NCBI GenBank assembly: GCA_035505655.1 | Contig: DATJQP010000050.1 | Location: 1,253 to 65,252, forward strand | Length of the DNA: 64,000 nt | Direction of reading: 5' to 3' | Source: Bacteroidota bacterium | GTDB taxonomy: Bacteria > Bacteroidota > Ignavibacteria > UBA10030 > UBA8401 | Shown here: in pieces, positions 55,641-64,000 of the stretch | How the letters are laid out: every line of letters starts with the position of its first letter | Numbering within the stretch: the first letter of the stretch is position 1 | Position numbers and translations under genes: made by a program | The notes under the pieces: generated by a model | The model's input: only the letters and a program-made list of their open reading frames with translations | What the model was told of the DNA's origin: nothing | The model's database searches: none

Positions 55641-57326
55641 GTGCCCATGGCCGGAACTCTCCCCCAGCGGATTGTCACTGCGCCCCGCGGTACCGGGTTG
55701 AGCTGCAAAGGGTGGCAACAGGAAGCCGCCCTCCGCATGTTGATGAACAACCTTGATCCGGAGGTCGCCGAGAAACCGCAGGACCTTATCGTCTACGGCG
55801 GCACCGGAAAAGCCGCCCGGGATTGGCGATGCTTCGACGCCATCGTCGATTCCCTTCGCGCGCTCGGGAACGACGAAACACTCCTCATCCAGTCCGGCAA
55901 GCCGGTCGGGGTTTTCCGCACCCACGCCGACGCCCCTCGCGTCCTCATCTCCAACGCAATGCTCGTTCCCCGGTGGGCCACCTGGGACGAATTCCGGCGA
56001 CTCGAAGGACTTGGCCTGACGATGTACGGGCAGATGACTGCCGGAAGCTGGATCTACATCGGAACCCAGGGAATCCTTCAGGGAACGTTCGAGACTTTCG
56101 CCGCCTGCGCGGCGCGGGACTTCGGCGGTTCGCTCGCGGGAAAGTTTGTTCTCACCGCCGGACTCGGCGGCATGGGGGGCGCTCAACCTCTCGCCGCGAC
56201 GATGAACGGCGCGGCATGTCTCGTCGTTGAGGTCGATCGATCCCGGATTGAAAAGCGGCTGCGCACCCGGTACCTCGATACGATGAGTGAAGATCTTGAT
56301 GAGGCACTCAACCTCGTCAGGGATGCGGTGTCGAAGAAGAAACCACTCTCCGTCGGTCTTCTTGGAAACGCGGCCGAGATCATCCCCGCCATCGCCGCCG
56401 GAAAATTCCTGCCCGACATCGTCACCGACCAGACCTCGGCGCACGATACGCTCAACGGGTACGTCCCCGCCGGAATGCCTTATTCGAAAGCCCTCGATCT
56501 CCGGAAAAAGAATCCAAAGAAATACGTCTCACTCGCCCGCGACTCGATCGCACTCCACGTCCGCGGCCTGCTGAAGTTGAGGCGGCGAGGGGCCGTTGTT
56601 TTCGACTACGGCAACAACATCCGTGGAGAGGCCCTCGCAAACGGAGTCAGGAACGCTTTCGATATCCCCGGCTTCGTCCCCGAGTTCATCCGTCCTCTCT
56701 TCTGCGACGGGAAGGGGCCCTTCCGGTGGGCTGCGCTCTCCGGCGATCCGGGGGACATCTATCGGACGGACCGTGCCGTGATCGAATCGTTCCCCGAGAA
56801 CGCGTCGCTCCGCAGGTGGATCGAAAAAGCCCGGAAGCAGGTGGCATTCCAGGGACTTCCGGCGCGGATATGCTGGTTAGGGTACGGAGAGCGTGCAAAG
56901 ATGGGAAAAATTTTTAACGACCTCGTCGCAAAAGGAGAATTGAAGGCGCCGATCGTCATCGGGAGAGACCACCTCGATTGCGGCTCCGTCGCCTCGCCGA
57001 ACCGTGAGACAGAGAAGATGAAGGATGGAAGCGATGCGATCGCCGATTGGCCGATCCTCAATGCCCTTCTCAACGCAGTCGGGGGGGCGAGCTGGGTGAG
57101 CGTTCATCACGGCGGCGGTGTCGGGATCGGAAATTCGATCCACGCCGGCATGGTCGTCGTTGCCGACGGGACGGAGGGGGCCGCGAGAAGATTGGAGCGA
57201 GTGCTGACGTATGATCCCGGGATGGGAATCATCCGCCATGCCGACGCCGGTTATGAACGGGCCCTGCAAAACGCGAAGAAGTGGGGTGTGCGGGTCCCGA
57301 TGAGCAATTCTTCTCCGATGCAATGA
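55641..57326 (+). CDS. hutU: urocanate hydratase
   Basis: 561 aa; GAGGAG RBS; conserved urocanase regions. Confidence 0.95.
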   Translation: MPMAGTLPQRIVTAPRGTGLSCKGWQQEAALRMLMNNLDPEVAEKPQDLIVYGGTGKAARDWRCFDAIVDSLRALGNDETLLIQSGKPVGVFRTHADAPRVLISNAMLVPRWATWDEFRRLEGLGLTMYGQMTAGSWIYIGTQGILQGTFETFAACAARDFGGSLAGKFVLTAGLGGMGGAQPLAATMNGAACLVVEVDRSRIEKRLRTRYLDTMSEDLDEALNLVRDAVSKKKPLSVGLLGNAAEIIPAIAAGKFLPDIVTDQTSAHDTLNGYVPAGMPYSKALDLRKKNPKKYVSLARDSIALHVRGLLKLRRRGAVVFDYGNNIRGEALANGVRNAFDIPGFVPEFIRPLFCDGKGPFRWAALSGDPGDIYRTDRAVIESFPENASLRRWIEKARKQVAFQGLPARICWLGYGERAKMGKIFNDLVAKGELKAPIVIGRDHLDCGSVASPNRETEKMKDGSDAIADWPILNALLNAVGGASWVSVHHGGGVGIGNSIHAGMVVVADGTEGAARRLERVLTYDPGMGIIRHADAGYERALQNAKKWGVRVPMSNSSPMQ

Positions 57327-57523
57327 AGATCGGCCTCTGCCAGGAATGCTCTTTCCACAGCCTCACGTCCAGCAAGAGCGGGAGCGAGTTCCATCTCTGC
57401 AGGCTGAGCCGGATCGATCCGACGTTTCCGAAGTACCCCCGGTTGCCGGTTCTCCGTTGCACGGGGTTTAAGAAGACGGAGAGCAAAGGGCGGAGTGCCG
57501 TAAGCGCGCACGACAAGGATTGA
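57323..57523 (+). CDS. candidate small ORF (66 aa, 4 Cys: CQEC...C...C) translationally coupled to hutU stop by ATGA overlap
   Basis: ATG at 57323 overlaps hutU TGA (caATGAag); fills the 276-nt hutU-hutI gap; could be a high-GC artefact. Confidence 0.25.
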   Translation: MKIGLCQECSFHSLTSSKSGSEFHLCRLSRIDPTFPKYPRLPVLRCTGFKKTESKGRSAVSAHDKD

Positions 57524-57601
57524 AAAGCGAGGTCGGCGTCGGGACACATCCCTGCTTCGTGAAACATTCTGGCCAAGCGACTCCTCTCCTCGTCCAGTTG
57601 A

Positions 57602-58864
57602 TTGTTCAATTTGCAGCAGGAACTTCTGAACCTTTTTATCAAGAATATCGGACAGCTCGTCACCGTCTCGGCTCAGGGAAAAGGATACAAGGCCGGGAGG
57701 GAGATGCGTGAGCTCGGGGTGATCGAGAATGCCTCGGTCGAAATCGAGGGGGGCATCATCAAACGGATCGGCCTGGAGGGGGAGATTGCTCCGGCCCCCG
57801 ACGTCGACGTCCTCGACACGGACGGGCGCGTTGCGATGCCGGGTTTCGTCGATTCCCACACCCACGCGGTCTTTGCAGGAAGCCGGGAAAACGAATTTGC
57901 GATGAGGGCGGAGGGAAAGTCGTACGCGGAGATCGCCGCCACCGGGGGCGGGATCCTTTCCACGATGAACGCCACCCGTGCCGCTTCGAAGAAGGAGCTC
58001 CTTCGCTCGGCGGAACGCCGCCTGAACGAAATGATGAAGCAGGGGACAACGACGGTCGAGGTCAAGAGCGGCTACGGGCTGAGCGTCGACGGCGAGATGA
58101 AGATCCTCGACGTCCTCCACGATCTTCGGCGCGATCACTTCATGACGGTCGTGCCGACGTTTCTCGGCGCCCATGCCTTCCCTCCGGAATTTGCCGGGGA
58201 CAGAAACGGGTACGTCGAGCTCATCCTCAACCGGATGCTGCCGTATATCGGGGAAAGACAGTTGGCGATGTTCTGCGACGTGTTCTGCGACGAAGGATAT
58301 TTCGACCTCCACCAGGCGGAACAGATCCTTCTCGAAGCGAAGAGGTACGGGCTGATGCCGAAGCTTCACGCCGATCAGTTCGCGTCGATCGGCGGCACGG
58401 AGCTGGGGATCCAGCTCAACGCCGTGTCAGTCGATCATCTGGAACATCTGAGCGAGAAGGGCCTCGGAGCGCTGAAAAAGTCCGCGACGATTGCGACCGT
58501 TCTACCGGGATCGTCGTTCTTCCTCTCCGAGCCCTACGCGCCCGCACGAGAGATCATCGATGCGGGGATTCCGCTCGCCATCGCGACCGATTTTAACCCC
58601 GGCTCCTCGATGTCGTTCTCGATGGCGCTTATGCTCACGATCGCCTGCACGCAGATGCACGTGACTCCCGAGGAGGCGATCGCCGCCGCGACGCTTAACG
58701 GGGCGGCCGCGCTCGGTCTTTCGCACGAGGTGGGGAGCATCGAGGTCGGCAAGGAGGCCGACATTGTCGTATACGACGTCCCAAATTATCGCACGATTCC
58801 TTACCACTACGGCTCGAATCATGTCTGGAAGATCGTCAAGAACGGAACGGTCCTCGAATTCTAG
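57602..58864 (+). CDS. hutI: imidazolonepropionase (TTG start)
   Basis: 420 aa; amidohydrolase fold HTH...H...D motifs; N-terminus LFIKNIGQLVT matches HutI. Confidence 0.9.
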   Translation: MFNLQQELLNLFIKNIGQLVTVSAQGKGYKAGREMRELGVIENASVEIEGGIIKRIGLEGEIAPAPDVDVLDTDGRVAMPGFVDSHTHAVFAGSRENEFAMRAEGKSYAEIAATGGGILSTMNATRAASKKELLRSAERRLNEMMKQGTTTVEVKSGYGLSVDGEMKILDVLHDLRRDHFMTVVPTFLGAHAFPPEFAGDRNGYVELILNRMLPYIGERQLAMFCDVFCDEGYFDLHQAEQILLEAKRYGLMPKLHADQFASIGGTELGIQLNAVSVDHLEHLSEKGLGALKKSATIATVLPGSSFFLSEPYAPAREIIDAGIPLAIATDFNPGSSMSFSMALMLTIACTQMHVTPEEAIAAATLNGAAALGLSHEVGSIEVGKEADIVVYDVPNYRTIPYHYGSNHVWKIVKNGTVLEF

Positions 58865-59504
58865 GAAAAGGAAGAGGGCGCAGTCCCTCGTCGCCGGAAT
58901 CGACCTTGCCGGAAGTCCAAAGCGAAACACCGGCGTCTGTCTCTTGAAAGGGAAACGCATTCTGGAATGGGGAACGCTTTTTTCGGACGAAGAGATCGTG
59001 CGCTTCATCGCAAGAACAAAACCGCATCTCATCGCCATCGATGCACCGCTGAACCTTCCCCCCGGGCGGAAAACGCTCGACGACCGGAACGGGGAGCACT
59101 TCAGACCGTGCGACCGCGAGCTGATGAGACGGGGAATCCGTTTCTTCCCGATCACGCTCGGACCGATGCGGACTCTCACCGAACGGGGAATTTTCCTGAA
59201 GAATTATTTTTCCCGGAGGGGATACAAGGTCATCGAGATGTATCCGGGGGCGGCTCAGGACGTCTGGGAGACAGGAAGGAAGCAGGATGGTCTGCCCCGG
59301 CTACTAAAGGGGCTGGAAGGCCTCGGCATCAAAGGGCTGGACAGGAAGATGAACGGTGACGAGCTCGACGCCGCGACCGGAGCGCTTGTCGGATATTGGT
59401 ACCTTAAGGGAAAAGCTGAAGTGCTTGGAAATTTCGAAGAAGGTGCGATTGTCGTTCCACTCCCTCCCAAGTCAAGAATCACAAACTCCGGATCCTCCTC
59501 ATGA
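58764..59504 (+). CDS. DUF429-family protein (predicted RNase H-like fold); start uncertain (TTG 58764 with AGGAGG RBS, or ATG 58821)
   Basis: VAGIDLAGSPKRNTG and HLIAIDAPL motifs typical of DUF429; 3' end overlaps ftcD start by ATGA; 5' end overlaps hutI by 44-101 nt. Confidence 0.6.
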   Translation: MSYTTSQIIARFLTTTARIMSGRSSRTERSSNSRKRKRAQSLVAGIDLAGSPKRNTGVCLLKGKRILEWGTLFSDEEIVRFIARTKPHLIAIDAPLNLPPGRKTLDDRNGEHFRPCDRELMRRGIRFFPITLGPMRTLTERGIFLKNYFSRRGYKVIEMYPGAAQDVWETGRKQDGLPRLLKGLEGLGIKGLDRKMNGDELDAATGALVGYWYLKGKAEVLGNFEEGAIVVPLPPKSRITNSGSSS

Positions 59505-60520
59505 ACAAGATCGTCGAGTGCGTTCCAAATTTCAGCGAAGGGCGCAGCGCGGGGACCATCAAAGTCATCGCGGAGAGCATTGACAACGTCGAGGGGGTGA
59601 AGCTTCTCAACGTCGAACCGGACAAGGACTACAACAGAGTCGTCGTGACTTTTGTCGGAGAGCCGGATGGAGTCGCAGAGGCGGCATTCCGGTCGACGGA
59701 GGTAGCGGCGCGGATGATCGATATGGAGCGTCACAAGGGGGAGCACCCGCGGCTTGGAGCCGCGGATGTCGTACCGTTCATCCCTGTTTCCGGGGTGACG
59801 ATGGCCGATTGCATCCGGGTCGCTAACGCCTACGGTAAGCGGGTCGCCTCCGAACTTCACATCCCGGTCTACCTCTACGAAGCGGCGGCGACATCCCCCG
59901 AGCGAAGGAACCTTTCGGACATCCGGCGCGGAGAGTACGAGGGGCTCGCGGAAAAGCTGGCAGATCCGAAATGGAAGCCCGACTACGGCGAGGCAAAATT
60001 CAACAAAAGGTCTGGGGCGACAGTGACCGGTGCGCGGAAGTTCCTTATCGCCTACAACGTCAACCTCAACACCGCCGACCTCGCCGTTGCGCAGGAGATC
60101 GCGATGCGGATTCGGGAGAGCGGCCGGCCGAAAAAGGACGCCGCCGGGAATGTTGTCAAGGATGCGCGGGGAGAGACGGTAAAAATCCCTGGCACCTTGA
60201 AAGCCGTCAAAGCGATGGGGGTCCTGGTGGAAAGGCTCGAAATCGTCCAGGTTTCGATCAACCTCGTCGATTACGAAACAACCCCGCCGCACGTTGCGTT
60301 TGAGGAGGTGAAGAAACAAGCGCGCACCCTCGGCGTCGACGCGACCGGGAGCGAAATCGTCGGGCTTACTCCTCTCAGTGCCCTGCTCATGGCGGGACGG
60401 TACTACAATAGCGGCGAATCTTCCGAAGAACGTCTTCTCGCTGCCGCGGTCGAGCGCCTTGGACTCAGCCAGCTCGATTCGTTTGATCCTTCCAAGAAAG
60501 TGATCGAATATCAACTTTAG
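59501..60520 (+). CDS. ftcD: glutamate formimidoyltransferase (formiminotransferase domain)
   Basis: 339 aa; MNKIVECVPNFSEGR N-terminus and FTCD_N/FTCD domains. Confidence 0.9.
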   Translation: MNKIVECVPNFSEGRSAGTIKVIAESIDNVEGVKLLNVEPDKDYNRVVVTFVGEPDGVAEAAFRSTEVAARMIDMERHKGEHPRLGAADVVPFIPVSGVTMADCIRVANAYGKRVASELHIPVYLYEAAATSPERRNLSDIRRGEYEGLAEKLADPKWKPDYGEAKFNKRSGATVTGARKFLIAYNVNLNTADLAVAQEIAMRIRESGRPKKDAAGNVVKDARGETVKIPGTLKAVKAMGVLVERLEIVQVSINLVDYETTPPHVAFEEVKKQARTLGVDATGSEIVGLTPLSALLMAGRYYNSGESSEERLLAAAVERLGLSQLDSFDPSKKVIEYQL

Positions 60521-60534
60521 TCTCCGGGAACCGT

Positions 60535-61182
60535 ATGCTGATGGAAAAGAGCGTCAATGAATTTGTCAACGAAGTAGCCTCCGCCACCCCGACGCCGGGG
60601 GGCGGGAGCGTCGCGGCACTCGCGGGAACTCTTGGCGCGGCTCTCACCGTGATGGTCTGCAACCTGACCATCGGAAGGAAGAAATATGCATCGGTGCAGA
60701 GCGAGATGGAGGATGTTCTGAAACGGGCCGAGGGGCTCAGGAAGGATCTCGCTTCGCTGGTCGAAGAAGACACCCAGGCGTTTAACGAGTTCATGGCGGC
60801 GGTAGGGCTTCCGAAAGGAACCGAGGAAGAGCAGAAACGTCGGAGCGAGGCGATGCGTCAGGGAACGATCAAGGCGACGACGATTCCGCTCAGGGTGATG
60901 GAGCTGTGCGAAGCGGGGCTTTCGTGCGCCGCGGTTGCCGCGGAACGAGGAAACGTCAATTCGATCTCAGACGCCGGCGTTGCGGCACTTCTCCTTCACG
61001 CGGCCTGCGCCGGCGCGCTCCTCAATGTCCGAACGAACCTGCGGTCGCTCGGCGACCATCCCTTTGCACGGGAGAGCTCGACACGCGCCGATGGGATCGC
61101 GCACCGTGCCGGGGAGCTTTACGACAACGTGATCGCATACGTCTACCAAACGATTTCTCCCAAGAATTCTGAGAATGGATGA
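60535..61182 (+). CDS. formiminotetrahydrofolate cyclodeaminase family protein
   Basis: 215 aa; TPTPGGGSVAALAGTLGAAL motif. Confidence 0.85.
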   Translation: MLMEKSVNEFVNEVASATPTPGGGSVAALAGTLGAALTVMVCNLTIGRKKYASVQSEMEDVLKRAEGLRKDLASLVEEDTQAFNEFMAAVGLPKGTEEEQKRRSEAMRQGTIKATTIPLRVMELCEAGLSCAAVAAERGNVNSISDAGVAALLLHAACAGALLNVRTNLRSLGDHPFARESSTRADGIAHRAGELYDNVIAYVYQTISPKNSENG

Positions 61183-62159
61183 CCATGGATAATGCCTGGA
61201 AACTGCTCAGCGACGCCCCCGATTCCGTCTTCTTCTCACGGAACGACGAGTCCGACCCGAGGATGGGGGATATCGTAAAGCGGCAGCGGGAGAACTTCAC
61301 CCCCGACGTGAACATAGGGATCGTCGGCATGGCGGAGGACGAAGGAGTACGCCGGAACCGCGGCCGGGTCGGCGCGAAAGAAGGGCCGAACGAGATCCGG
61401 AAGGCCTTCTATAAATGTACCCCCTTCGCCCTGTCGAAGAGCAAGCAGGTTTCGGACCTCTCGATCTTCGATTTCGGCAATATCAAGACCGGCGCGAGCC
61501 TCGAGGAGACCCACCAGCGGACGCAGACCGTCCTCGAGATGCTCACCGCGAACAACATCCTGCCGATCGTTCTTGGCGGCGGGCACGACGCGACCTTCCC
61601 TTCCTTCCTCGCGTTCGCGAAGAAGGCGGCGACCGCCGGCGCCATCAACATCGACACGCACCTCTGTTTCCGCAAGTCCGATCCCCATCGGAACAACGGA
61701 ACGGCGTACCGGCAGATCCTTGACTGGACCCACAGTCCCCTCGCGGCGATGAACTACGTACAGATCGGGGCGCAATCGTTCGCCAACGCCAGGGAGCATT
61801 ACGAAGAGCTCACCGACCGGGGCGCGACGGTTTTCACGCTCGATGAAGTGAGGAGGGAGAAGATCGAAAAAATCCTCGACCTCGCATACGAGATCGCTTC
61901 GAACTCCACCGAGCGACTTTACGTCAGCTTCGACCTCGATTCCGTGCAAGGATGCGATGCGCCCGGTGTCAGCGCCTCCTATCCCACGGGGCTGAGGGCC
62001 AACGAGATTCTCAAGGCGGCTCACTTCGCGGGGACACGTCATAAAACGAGAGCGATCGACATCGTCGAAGTGAACCCGAAATACGACTTCGACGGGAGGA
62101 CGAGCAAGCTCGCGGCGTACATCATGATGTATTTCCTCGCCGGCGTCGCAAACCGATAA
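61179..62159 (+). CDS. hutG: arginase-family protein, formiminoglutamase (HutG)-like, with divergent metal-site motifs
   Basis: 326 aa; arginase-fold motifs partly conserved (LGGGHDAT, IDTHLC, SFDLDSVQGCDAP); ATGA overlap with upstream gene. Confidence 0.65.
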   Translation: MTMDNAWKLLSDAPDSVFFSRNDESDPRMGDIVKRQRENFTPDVNIGIVGMAEDEGVRRNRGRVGAKEGPNEIRKAFYKCTPFALSKSKQVSDLSIFDFGNIKTGASLEETHQRTQTVLEMLTANNILPIVLGGGHDATFPSFLAFAKKAATAGAINIDTHLCFRKSDPHRNNGTAYRQILDWTHSPLAAMNYVQIGAQSFANAREHYEELTDRGATVFTLDEVRREKIEKILDLAYEIASNSTERLYVSFDLDSVQGCDAPGVSASYPTGLRANEILKAAHFAGTRHKTRAIDIVEVNPKYDFDGRTSKLAAYIMMYFLAGVANR

Positions 62160-62279
62160 AATCGTTTCTTCTTCTTGCTCTTTCGCAAATTCTCCTCCTT
62201 CCACATTCGAATGAGTCAACGGCCTTGTTTGTTTTTCTTTTTTCTTATCTCTGACCTCTTCTGTCTTGCTCTTGAAACC

Positions 62280-62308
62280 TTGCAACTCCCTCCTCAAAGT
62301 GGTATCTT
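62280..62308 (+). promoter_or_regulatory. candidate lepA promoter (TTGCAA-N17-TATCTT)
   Basis: In CT-rich spacer between hutG-like gene and lepA. Confidence 0.3.
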
Positions 62309-62320
62309 AAGGAAGAAAAA

Positions 62321-62346
62321 TGCCCACGACGAGTTCGGGGCTTTTT
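62321..62346 (+). terminator. weak terminator-like element (aaaaaTGCCCacgacgagttcGGGGCttttt) between hut cluster and lepA
   Basis: short 4-5-bp stem with 11-nt loop followed by T5; flanked by A5 upstream. Confidence 0.3.
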
Positions 62347-62506
62347 CGTTAAAGGCGGTCTGGCAGCGCCGCCGTTCACCAGGGGTCACAGGTTCTCGAG
62401 TTTCCGGTCCAAAGTCCAAGGTCATCACGATCGTTGAGATGATACTCAGTCGTTCTCCTCTCTTAGCTCTTGATTCTTACCACCTGCTTTCCGCGGGGAC
62501 GGTGCG

Positions 62507-64000
62507 ATGAATCACCTTCGCAATTTCTGCATCATCGCCCATATTGACCACGGCAAGTCGACGCTCGCCGACCGCCTGCTCGAGCTGACGGGGACCATCA
62601 CCCAGCGCGACCTCGTCGTCAACCAGGTGCTCGACGACATGGACCTCGAGCAGGAGCGTGGGATCACGATCAAGCTTCACGCCATCCAGATGCGGTACAC
62701 CGCGAAGGACGGAAACGACTACGTCCTTAATCTTATCGACACCCCCGGCCATGTCGATTTTACGTACGAGGTTTCCCGGTCGCTCGCTGCCTGCGAAGGG
62801 GCCATTCTTGTCGTCGACGCATCGCAGGGGGTCGAGGCGCAGACGATCAGCAATCTCTACCTCGCGATCGATGCGGGGCTGGAGATCATCCCGGTCATCA
62901 ACAAGGTCGACCTCCCCTCGGCGAAGACGATGATCGACACGGTGAAGCACGAGATCGTAAGCCTCATCGGCTGCAAGGAGGAGGATATCCTTCTCGCGAG
63001 CGCCAAGACGAAACTCGGCATCGAGGAGATTCTCGAGGCGGTTGTCGCACGGATCCCGCCTCCGAAGGGGGATGCCACAAAGCCGCTGCAGGCACTGATC
63101 TTCGACTCTCTCTTCGATTCGTACCGCGGATCCGTCGCCTACCTCAGGGTCGTCCAGGGAACGCTGAAGGAGAAAGACAAGATCAGGTTCTTCTCCAACG
63201 GGAAGAACGCCGAAGCAGAGGAAGTCGGAATTCTCGAGATGAAGCGGAAGCGGACGGGGAGCCTTACGGCGGGGGACGTCGGGTACCTCATCGCCGGCCT
63301 GAAGGATGTCCACGACACCAAGGTCGGAGACACGGTAACGACGGCGGCGAACGGCGCTGCCGAGCCTCTCCCGGGCTACAAGGAAGTGAAGCCGATGGTC
63401 TTCAGCGGCCTCTACCCGACCAACAGCGACGATTTCGCCGAGCTGCGGGACTCGCTGGAGAAGCTCCACATGAACGACGCGTCGCTCGTCTTCGAGCCCG
63501 AATCATCGACGGCGCTCGGGTTCGGATTCCGCGCCGGGTTCCTCGGCCTCCTGCACATGGAGATCATCCAGGAGCGCCTCGAGCGGGAGTACAATCAGAA
63601 CCTCATCACGACGGTCCCCAACGTCGAATACAGGGTGACAAAGACGAACCGCGAAGTCGTGAGAGTCGACAATCCCGCCGAGATGCCCCCGACCGGGAGC
63701 ATCGAGAAGATCGAGGAACCGTACATCAAGGCGCAGATCATCACCCCGACGGAATATATCGGGAACATCATGAAGCTCTGCATGGACCGTCGGGGTATCT
63801 ACAAGAATACGAACTACCTCGACCCGACACGCGCAGACATCACGTACGAATTTCCCCTCTCCGAGATCATTTTCGATTTCTACGACAAGCTGAAGTCGCT
63901 CACCCGCGGCTATGCCTCGCTCGACTACGAGTACATCGACTACCGCGAATCCGACCTCGTGAAACTCGACATCCTTCTCAACACCGAGCCGGTCGACGCC
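62507..64000 (+). CDS. lepA: elongation factor 4 (LepA), 3'-truncated by window end
   Basis: N-terminus [26 protein letters not shown]; G-domain motifs; open to window end. Confidence 0.95.
   Translation, partial: MNHLRNFCIIAHIDHGKSTLADRLLELTGTITQRDLVVNQVLDDMDLEQERGITIKLHAIQMRYTAKDGNDYVLNLIDTPGHVDFTYEVSRSLAACEGAILVVDASQGVEAQTISNLYLAIDAGLEIIPVINKVDLPSAKTMIDTVKHEIVSLIGCKEEDILLASAKTKLGIEEILEAVVARIPPPKGDATKPLQALIFDSLFDSYRGSVAYLRVVQGTLKEKDKIRFFSNGKNAEAEEVGILEMKRKRTGSLTAGDVGYLIAGLKDVHDTKVGDTVTTAANGAAEPLPGYKEVKPMVFSGLYPTNSDDFAELRDSLEKLHMNDASLVFEPESSTALGFGFRAGFLGLLHMEIIQERLEREYNQNLITTVPNVEYRVTKTNREVVRVDNPAEMPPTGSIEKIEEPYIKAQIITPTEYIGNIMKLCMDRRGIYKNTNYLDPTRADITYEFPLSEIIFDFYDKLKSLTRGYASLDYEYIDYRESDLVKLDILLNTEPVDA

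Overview
This 64-kb window comes from a high-GC bacterium and is almost gene-saturated. The type IX secretion (T9SS) C-terminal sorting domains and a PorV-like gene suggest the FCB group (Bacteroidota, Ignavibacteriota or Gemmatimonadota-like). Apart from the partial lepA at the 3' end, the hut cluster and a csp gene, everything is on the minus strand. The window has four parts. (i) Positions 17-3528 hold ggt, a CorC/HlyC-type transporter gene and ssb. (ii) Positions 3.8-17.4 kb are an accessory region. It carries a TonB-dependent receptor, three secreted proteins with T9SS C-terminal sorting domains (an unknown 1109-aa protein, an M6 metalloprotease and a BNR-repeat protein), a PorV/PorQ-family outer-membrane protein and an NHL-repeat protein. 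(iii) Positions 17.7-54.1 kb are a very conserved core: serA with a class V aminotransferase, engB, and then the complete translation/transcription supercluster. On the minus strand this runs: tRNA-Thr, Tyr, Gly, Thr; rpmG; tRNA-Trp; secE; nusG; rplKAJL; rpoBC; rpsLG-fusA-tuf; and the S10, spc and alpha operons with secY, map, infA, rpmJ, rpoA and rplQ. (iv) Positions 54.7-62.2 kb hold cspA and a histidine-utilisation cluster (hutU, hutI, a DUF429 gene, glutamate formimidoyltransferase, cyclodeaminase and an arginase-fold HutG-like gene), followed by lepA running off the end. The hunt turned up several items not in the ORF track. A tRNA-Gln(UUG) gene sits between rplR and rpsE inside the spc operon. 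An rpmG gene (49 aa, GTG start) was missed by the track. The upstream tRNA cluster looks rearranged: it holds a 27-nt tRNA-Gly 3' fragment, a 26-nt tRNA-Thr 5' fragment and a 2 x 48-bp tandem duplicate of the tRNA-Thr trailer, and it lacks tufB. L24 has a Cys4 zinc-ribbon C-terminus. A consensus sigma70 promoter lies upstream of rpsL. There are several GC-rich palindromes or hairpins. ATGA-coupled overlaps recur in the hut cluster, including a candidate Cys-containing 66-aa ORF. No CRISPR array, rRNA, transposase or integrase was seen.
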